In this document: piece by piece, positions 1-6,440 of the stretch
Position numbering within the stretch: the first letter of the stretch is position 1
How the letters are laid out: the number at the start of each line of letters is the position of its first letter
From: Fonticula alba ATCC 38817
Taxonomy: Eukaryota; Protista; Nucleariida
Assembly (NCBI GenBank): GCA_000388065.2
Contig: KB932242.1
DNA: 6,478 nucleotides
Strand: one strand, 5' to 3'
Notes under the pieces: generated by a model
The model's input: the letters and a program-made list of their open reading frames with translations, nothing else
Told to the model about the DNA's origin: nothing
Database searches by the model: none
Position numbers and translations under genes: made by a program

Positions 1-24
1 GGGGGGGGGGCCGGGAACACGCAC
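1..24 (-). other. 5' end of a second intron (runs off the window)
   Basis: Minus strand reads CAG|GTGCGTgttcccggcccccccccc: a canonical-looking donor followed by a C-run, like the C-rich 95-nt intron. The frame is also still open here, so read-through as VRVPGPPP cannot be formally excluded. Confidence 0.7.
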
Positions 25-3000
25 CTGGATCTTGGCCGCCAGGCCGCCGCGCCCGTGGCGAATGAACTTCGCCCAGCCGGACAGGCGGTTCATGTAGGCA
101 CCGACCTCGATCAGCGGGGCGAACGGGCTGCAGGGGGTGGTGCAGGCACGGCCGGCGGAGGTGCCATCGCCGTGCGACTCGCCGGCCGACCGGGCGAACA
201 CCGGCCGCGGCAGGGTTTGGGCCTTGGTGTGCAGGTCGTGATAGAACCGGACGAAGTTGGCCACCAGCAGGACAAACTTGTCCTGCGCCAGGGCGGCCGA
301 GGAGTTGTCCTGCACACGGGGCGGCGCGGGGTGGCCGGCCGTGGCCGCATGGCTGCCGGCCTGCTCCGAGGCATGGTCCCCCGCCGGGGGGAGGTGGTGC
401 GGCAGCGGGGTGTCCGAGAACACCTGGGCCGCGGTGTGGGCCTCCAGGGCGGCGGACTTGACCGCCGCCGCCAGGGGGGCCGGCACGTCGTCCGGCACAT
501 GCGCCGACTGGTCATTCTCCAGCAGGAGGGCCACTGCGGCCGGACTCAGACAGGGGACCGTGATCGGCAGCGGCCGGTGCAGGTCCACCAGCAACTGCCG
601 CAGAGCCGGGTCCGTGCAGGAGCACGCCTCGCTGCTGCTGCTGCCGGCGCTGTTGCTGCTGCTGCTGCTGCCGCTGCCGGAAGAGGAGGGGGGCGAAGAG
701 GAAGAACAAGCGGGGGACCCCGCCGAGGAGGCAGCAGCGGCGCCGACGGCCGGGGCGCCAGAAACAGGCACATCGGCCTCCAGGGCGTCATGATGCACTC
801 GGGGGGAGGTGGCTGCCGAGGTGGCGCCGGGCGAGCCGGAGCGACCGGCGCCCTGCTGGCCCCGACGCTGCGGAAGGCCGGGCGCCGTGGCCGCGGAAGC
901 CGCCAGGCCGGCGGGACGAGGGCCGGGGCCGGTCTCGGAAGCGGCCGCCGCCGCCGCCGCGGCCGCCGCCGCCAGTGCTGCCGGCGACGCCGCCACCGTC
1001 ACCACCGAGATGTGATCCCCGGAGTGGTGGTGGTGGTGGCCACCGCGGCGGCCCCGTCCGCCGGCGGACCCACCGACGCCAGACCCACGCGCGGAGGGCT
1101 GCACCACAATCGCGACAGGGTCCGAGGGGGCAAGCCCCGGCCCGGGGCCGAGTGGCAGCCCGGGCGTGCTGCCCTTGCCCAAAGTGCCGGCATCGGTCCC
1201 GGGGCCCATGGCGGCCGAGGCAGCCATGCCACGACCAGACCGACCGGGCTTGCCGCGGCCGGGCGACCCGGGGGCCGGGTCCACCGGACCCGCCGCCATG
1301 AGGAAGGCAGCACCCCCATTGCGACCGCCGGTCGGGGACGTGCGCCCCCCCCCGCCACCACCGGAGGCAGCATCACCGCTCGAGGGCGGGCTGCCTCGAC
1401 GACGGGAGGACCCCTGGGACTGCGGTGGGAGGGTGGCCGACCGGGACCCGGGCCCGGGCCCGGGCCCGGAGCGGCTCGGTCGCCCGCCAGCCACCAGCCC
1501 CTCGGACATTGCCGAGGGCAGGTCCCCCTCGGAGTCGGGGGACCGCGCGCGGCCCGGCGGCCCGGCGGCCACCGTGCCCGAAGGAAGGATGCCACTCGAT
1601 GGGAGGGCCTCCATCGAGGTGGACCCCATCAGGCAGGAGTCCAGGCTGCCAGGCAGGACCAAGGGGGTGGAGGCCCCCCCGCCGACATTCCCGCCGAGGG
1701 CCTGGGCCGAGGAGCCAACCGAGTGCGAGCGACTGGACCGGTTGCCCGGGGGAATGGGCAACGGCATGCCGGCCCCGGGGCCGGTGGCGGCCGCGGCCGC
1801 GGCCGTGGCCCATGACGGCCCGGCGCTGGGCGAGGTCCCGGTCAGGGAGACCCCCGCCGAGGGGGGCGCCCCGGCCAGGTCCAGGGCGGCATGGTACTGG
1901 TGGTACTGCTGGTACTGGTAGTGGGGATGGCCGGACTGGTGGTAGGCGCTGGGCGGGGGGGCCTGGGGCGCATGCCCTCCGCCGCCGGTGGTGGGGGGGG
2001 CGTTGGCGGTGCCGCCGCTGCCGGCCGACGACGACATGGGCGACCCGGCCAACGACGAGAAGGCCAACTCCGCCGACGGGGGAGAGGGGGGCGGCGAAAA
2101 GCCAGCGGGGCCACCGGGCCCGGGCCGAAGCAGCGACCCCGGGGGGGCGAAGGGGTGCTGCGGATGGGAGGCCGCCGCCCCTGGCGGGGACGAAGCGGCC
2201 GGCGGGGCATTGGCCGCCAGGTAGGCCCCCTCGGCGATGATGCTGGCACCGAGCCCGGCCGCATGGGCGAAGGGCTTGGCCGCGGACGGGGGCACGGCCA
2301 TCGGCTGGGCCGGGGCCGGACCACCGGCCGGCTGGGTGGCACTCCCCCCTCCACCAAGGTGCTGGTGGGGGTGGGGGAATTGCGGCGAGCTGGCCACCGA
2401 CACCCCGGGGCTCAGGCCACTCAGAGACACCGACGAGTAGGGCACATAGCCGGCCGCGTAGGTGTCGACCGGGCCGGCGCCGGCGGCGCGCTGATGAGGA
2501 TGGTGGTGGTGGTGGTGGTGGTGAGGGGGGGGCTGTTGCTGCTGCTGCTGCTGCTGGTGCTGGTGCTGGTGCTGGTGCTGGTGGTGATGATGGTGGTAGC
2601 GGGAAGTCGGCACCGCGGGCGGGCCATGCATCAGGAGCTGGTGGAAGGAGAGCGGCCCATCCGTGAAGGGGCCGGTCGAGGGAGCAGCCACCGAAGCCGG
2701 CGGCCGGGGGGCCCCCTCAAAATGGACACTCGGCCGAGGGGCCATCCCGCCGCCGCCGCCGCCGCCGCCGAGGGCGGCCCCCGGGCCGGCGGTCCCCGCC
2801 GAGAAGGGGCCCCCCGCATGCGCGAACCCGGACAACGGGCTGAACCCCGGGTGGTCATAGGGAATGGTCGTGGCCGGGAAGGACCAGGAAGGCCCGGCCC
2901 CATGGGCGGCGGTCAGGGAGCCGGGCCCGGGCCCGGGGCCGCCCATGGGCGACCCGATGAACCCCGACCCCAGGAAGGTGTCGGAGTCGGACAAGTCCGA

Positions 3001-3150
3001 CGAGCTGTCCGACGAGGCGTTGGATATGGCCGACGACGAGGAGGAGGAGGAAGAGGAGAAGGAGGACGGGGGGGGCGAGTCAATGTCGCCGCCCAGGAAG
3101 AAGGCCGCCGCCGGGAGGGTGGACAAATCGTCCACTCGACCGGCGCCATT

Positions 3151-3197
<47 letters not shown>

Positions 3198-5063
3198 ACA
3201 GGGGCCCGAAGCCCTTGGCCGATTGGCCCACCTGCCGGTGCCCGGACACAAAGTGGATTCGGCTTGTCGAGTGGCCGAGGTCCAGCGACAGGGACTCGGA
3301 GCTGGACGACTGCGACATGTGGTCCGAGGGCGAGGGGGACAGCAGCATCACGGCCGAGGGGGTGGGCGGCTGCGGCTCCGGGGTCGGGTAGCCGCCGGTG
3401 GCCGAGAGGATCCCCTCGTGGAAGTGCGACGTGGGGAAGGTGTGCGAGGGGGGCGGCGACCGGAGGGGGCTCCCGGTGCCGAGCCCCAGGGTGCTGGCCA
3501 GGAAGTGGTCGTCATCCTCATCGTCGATCGAGTGGTGGTCCGTCGGGAGGGAGCTGGAACTGGCCCCGGAGTCATTGTCATACAGGCCGTACAGCAGGAG
3601 CGCGGCCGCGGGCGACACCAGCGACGCGCGGGAGAGCCGCCCATGGGGGGGAGGCTGCCCCGGGGAGGCCCCCTGGCCGGGGGGGGGAGCGTGGCCTGCC
3701 GCGGGCGGGTGCGCATGGAAGAGCACCGGCGCCGAGGGCGACTGCGTCGGGACAAAGGACCCGGCCGTCGAGGCGAAGCCGCTGCCATGGCCCGAGGGGG
3801 GGGCCATGCGGGCGGCCTTGTCACTGGAGGCCGGAGGGGCCGCGGTGGCGGCCTGCTGTTGGTTCAGCTCGGCCAGGGCCCGGATGAGGGGGCTGTGCGC
3901 GGAGGAGGCCTCGAGGGCGGCGCGCTCGGCGGCTTCGCGCACGGCCGTCACGGCGCGCTCGGCCGCCGAGGGCCCGGCCGAGGCGGGGACCCTGGCGGTG
4001 GCGGCCACGGCGGCGGCCAGCGGGGCCGGGATCTCGGCCGCCATCTTCCCGGCAGGGGGGGCCACCGCCACCGGGGCCGCGGTCTTGGCCGGGGTCACAG
4101 CCGCAGCCGGGACCGGGGGCTGGGCCGCCGCCGCGGTGGAGGCCGGATCGACCGCAACCCGGGGACTCTTGGCGGGGGCAGCCTTCGCCAGGGCCGGTTG
4201 CTGCTGGGCCGACGGGGTGCTGGCAGTGGTGACGGCGGCCACCGATACCGGGAGTCGAGGCTGGGCGACGGCGACCGCCAGCGCGGCCACTGAGGAGCTC
4301 GAGCCGGTGGATGCGGTGGCCCCGGCGATGGCGGCGGTGGTGGTGGTGGTGGTGGTGGCCGCCGCCGCCGCCGCCGCCGCCGCGATGGATACGGGCACCG
4401 AGGCGGTGGGACGAGTGGCCAGTCGCGGCGTCGGAGGGGGAGACCGTGCCGGCGGGGGGACGCGCCGAAGTGGCCGGGCCGGGCGCCGGCGAGCCGGCTC
4501 GGGGCCCGGCGATGCGGCTGCCGGCTGCCCGCCGCCGGTCAGCGCGGCCAGCGAGCAAGAGTGATAGCCGCTGGCCAGGCGCGAGAGGCCGGAGTGCAGG
4601 TCCAGCGGCCGGGGGAGGCCGCCGGCCAGGCCGGGAGACGTGACCATGTGCTGGAAGGCGCCGGTCACCGCGGCCGCCTGGAAGGAGTGCACCACGGACA
4701 GGTTGCCGCCGATGTGGGCGAAGGCGGCGCCGGAGCCGGACCCAGCGGCCGCGGAGCCGCTACTGGCCGCGGCCCCGGCCCCGGCCCCGGCCCCGGAGTA
4801 GAAGCAGCCGGCCTGCTCGAAGTACATGGAGTAGACGGAGGAGGCGTGTGGCGAGGCGGGCGGCACCCCGGCGATCGGGGGGACCTTGGCCACGCCCGGG
4901 GCCAGACCCAGCGGGTTGGACCCGCCGACCCCGGGCCCGGGCCCGGGGACCACGGTGATGCTTGTGGAGCTGGCCGGCTGGCGAACGGCCGGCAGCCAGC
5001 TGGCCGACGGGGAGGTGGGCCCGGTGCGCATGGGCACCGTCAGCGACTGCGTGCCGATGGAGG
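25..5063 (-). CDS. Large coding exon (5039 nt; 2 nt + 1679 codons) of a low-complexity, largely disordered protein; the gene continues beyond the left edge
   Basis: Manual translation finds no stop between 5319 and 1 in this frame. Third positions are strongly G/C, with no TTA or CTA and only two TCA codons in the exon. It starts ..SIGTQSLTVPMRTGPTSPSASWLPAVR and ends ..APLIEVGAYMNRLSGWAKFIRHGRGGLAAKIQ. It is bounded by a ttcgcag| acceptor (5064/5063) and a CAG|GTGCGT donor (25/24). The plus-strand ORFs 55-1815, 1891-4293 and 4561-5145 are its in-register antisense shadows. Confidence 0.9.
631..705 (-). repeat. Ser-rich (AGC)n/TCN linker before the more ordered C-terminal region
   Basis: (gct)n runs at 631-642 and 655-669; translates as SSSSPPSSSGSGSSSSSNSAGSSSS. 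Confidence 0.85.
940..972 (-). repeat. Poly-Ala11 coding repeat
   Basis: A gcc/cgc run in the coding frame. Confidence 0.9.
2491..2595 (-). repeat. Compound CAC/CAG repeat encoding H5-(QH)4-Q8-P3-H8-PHQ
   Basis: (gtg)n, (ctggtg)n and (ctg)n runs on the plus strand; 35 codons: 18 His, 13 Gln, 4 Pro. Confidence 0.95.
2746..2769 (-). repeat. Poly-Gly8 coding repeat
   Basis: ccc(gcc)7 on the plus strand. Confidence 0.9.
3031..3057 (-). repeat. Poly-Ser9 within a Ser/Asp-rich segment
   Basis: (cga)3(gga)4-aga-gga on the plus strand gives TCC/TCT/TCG codons. Confidence 0.9.
3151..3195 (-). repeat. Perfect coding trinucleotide repeat (GGC)15 encoding Gly15
   Basis: Uninterrupted (gcc)15 on the plus strand, in frame with the long exon. 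Confidence 0.95.
4336..4383 (-). repeat. Adjacent trinucleotide repeats encoding Ala9-Thr7
   Basis: (ggt)7 followed by a ggc(cgc)8 run on the plus strand. Confidence 0.9.
4771..4794 (-). repeat. (GGGGCC)4 hexamer repeat, read as Gly-Ala dipeptides
   Basis: (ggcccc)4 on the plus strand. Confidence 0.9.
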
Positions 5064-5158
5064 CTGCGAATGGCAATGTCAGCGGGGGGCAGGGGGAGGG
5101 GGCAGGGGGAGGACCGAATGCCGGGCGGGAGGCATGCGGCAGTGAGGGGGGGACATAC
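5064..5158 (-). other. Spliceosomal GT-AG intron, 95 nt, phase 1
   Basis: Minus strand reads GTATGT, then a C-rich tract, then a GCTGAC branch-point-like motif, then attgccattcgCAG. It contains a TGA (5081-5079) in the ATG-5222 frame, and removing it joins the two frames. Confidence 0.8.
5085..5110 (+). repeat. 13-nt tandem duplication (gggggcaggggga)x2 inside the 95-nt intron
   Basis: Exact copies at 5085-5097 and 5098-5110. Confidence 0.9.
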
Positions 5159-5222
5159 CATGCCCCGGGGTGAGGGCCTGCTTGGCGAGGTTGCGCCCAA
5201 GCTGTGAGGCCAGCTGTGACAT
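5159..5222 (-). CDS. Short coding exon, probably the first (MSQLASQLGRNLAKQALTPGH + 1 nt)
   Basis: ATG at 5222-5220. The 64 nt end at a G|GTATGT donor, and the phase-1 junction restores the long frame exactly (g+cc = Ala). The 5' boundary is uncertain: this could instead be an internal exon starting at 5213 or 5201 after a CAG acceptor. Confidence 0.65.
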
Positions 5223-5241
5223 GTCGACGCGGAGGAGGGGG

Positions 5242-5265
5242 GAGAGAGAGAGAGAAAGAGCGAGA
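5242..5265 (+). repeat. (GA)n/(CT)n microsatellite just upstream of the ATG or acceptor
   Basis: (ga)7 followed by degenerate copies, within a purine-rich stretch at about 5231-5290. Confidence 0.85.
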
Positions 5266-5462
5266 GGGGGAGGGGGCGGGGGAGAGGAAGTGGTGTTCGG
5301 GCTGAGATCGTGCGGGCTCCTAGACCGCGCGGGGAGGTCTAGGGAGCCGCAGAGAGCTCGTGGCGGATGGTGGGAAGGGCGAGGGAGGGTTTTTGCCAGG
5401 CTGGCGGGCGCGCGAGGGGCGGCGGGCCGGACGCTGGCGGGGGCGACGGCGAGGGCGACGGC

Positions 5463-5597
5463 GGGGGGAGGGGGGGGGGCTCAGGGGGGGGGGGGGTGTG
5501 TGTGTGGGGGGGGGGGGGGGGGGGGGGGGGTGTGTGGGGGGGGGGGGTCCCAGGGGGGGGGGGGGGGGGGTGGGGGGGGGGGGGGGGGGGGGGGGGG
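5463..5597 (+). repeat. Poly-G block (runs G6, G10, G13, G25, G12, G18, G26, with short TG/tcccag spacers)
   Basis: Directly visible. Run lengths may be inaccurate because of homopolymer sequencing error. Confidence 0.9.
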
Positions 5598-6418
5598 TGG
5601 ATGTGCTGCTTGTGTCGGGAACTGGGGTCCCAGGCTCGGCGGGCTGGCCGATAGGCTGCCATTCGGCAGCCGTTCGGGAGGAGGCCGGCCGGGCGGTCTG
5701 GGGTCGCATCAAGGCGCGAGGGATCGATGCCCGGGCGGCCGGAGGGGCCCCTCCCCCGGGATGGAAGGGAGGGGGGGGGGGCCGGGAGTGGGGGCAGCGC
5801 CGCCAAGTGTGCATGCGCGTGCTTGTGCGGGAATGTGCGGCAGGCTGGGCCGGGCGCATCCCGGAGGGGGCGCCGCACGCCGCCCCCGCCCCCCCCCCCC
5901 CCCCCGGCCGTTCTGGGTCAGAAACCCGCGTAACAGGAAAGGACCGGAAGACTGGGCATCGGGCCTGCCCGGGTGGGATTGCGGCTCCCGCGTCGGCAGG
6001 TGGCGGTCCTGGCAGGAGTTCGGTCCCCCCCCGCCCCCCCCCGGCCACGGTCGCCGTCCGCAGGACTGTCGGGGGGGGGGGGGGGGCCGCGCCCCTGCCC
6101 GGCGATCCGTCGGAGCCGGCGGCGGCGCGGGCCGGTGCGCCCAAAACAGCGGCCCGGGCCGAGAAGCACCCAGAGGAGGGAGCGCTGGTGGACGGGCTGC
6201 CGCGGCGCTCTTGCTCAGGCCCGAGTGGGGGGATTTGTCCTGGGCGCCCGCTTGCCCTGGGGGCTCCTGGTGCGCGCGCGTGGGGGCCGGCCGGGTCCAC
6301 CGCCGTGGCGGCTCCGCCGCGCCCTCGGGCGAGGGAGGGCAAAGCACAAAAACGTGATGAGCCCGGGGGCCCTTGGAGGGCGGCTCAACCTTGCGCGCGC
6401 GGGCGCGCCGCGGCGGGG

Positions 6419-6440
6419 CATTTTTCAAAAATACATGTGA
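6419..6440 (-). promoter_or_regulatory. Isolated AT-rich patch (minus strand: ...atgtaTTTTTGAAAAATG); possible core promoter or initiation context
   Basis: The strongest AT-rich island in the window. It is an interrupted palindrome A-T5-C-A5-T (6420-6432) directly abutting a minus-strand ATG at 6421. Function is inferred only. Confidence 0.25.

Noticed and set aside
3577-3609. AAALLLYGLY as a transmembrane segment
   Set aside because: Too short and flanked by polar or acidic residues. No 18-20 aa hydrophobic stretch or signal peptide is seen in the real frame.
55-5145. Long plus-strand ORFs (55-1815, 1891-4293, 4561-5145, and 1166-1921, 1425-2240, 2864-3391, 3398-4564) as genes
   Set aside because: They are in-register or offset antisense shadows of the minus-strand CDS, with typical shadow composition. 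Their apparent hydrophobic (LLLLVLVLV) or acidic (DDEEEEEEE) stretches are mirror images of the Q/H and Ser repeats.
111-5200. Shorter minus-strand ORFs in the two other frames
   Set aside because: They overlap the long CDS out of frame, are Arg/Pro-rich, and are expected when stop codons are rare at this GC content.
1-5222. Alphaherpesvirus ICP4/IE180-like or latency-region identity, suggested by extreme GC and Ser/Ala/Gly repeats
   Set aside because: I recognise none of the conserved ICP4-family blocks in the translation, and the short C-rich GT-AG introns fit a cellular eukaryotic gene. A database search would settle it.
5463-5597. Telomeric repeat or CRISPR-like array
   Set aside because: There is no fixed repeat unit or repeat-spacer periodicity, only irregular G-runs.
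5320-6342. 340-aa ORF in the same frame as the long ORF, separated by one TAG that lies in a hairpin (possible readthrough or Sec/Pyl recoding)
   Set aside because: Its poly-Pro derives from the poly-C tract, it starts at TTG and shows no protein-like pattern. The splice model explains the long frame without recoding.
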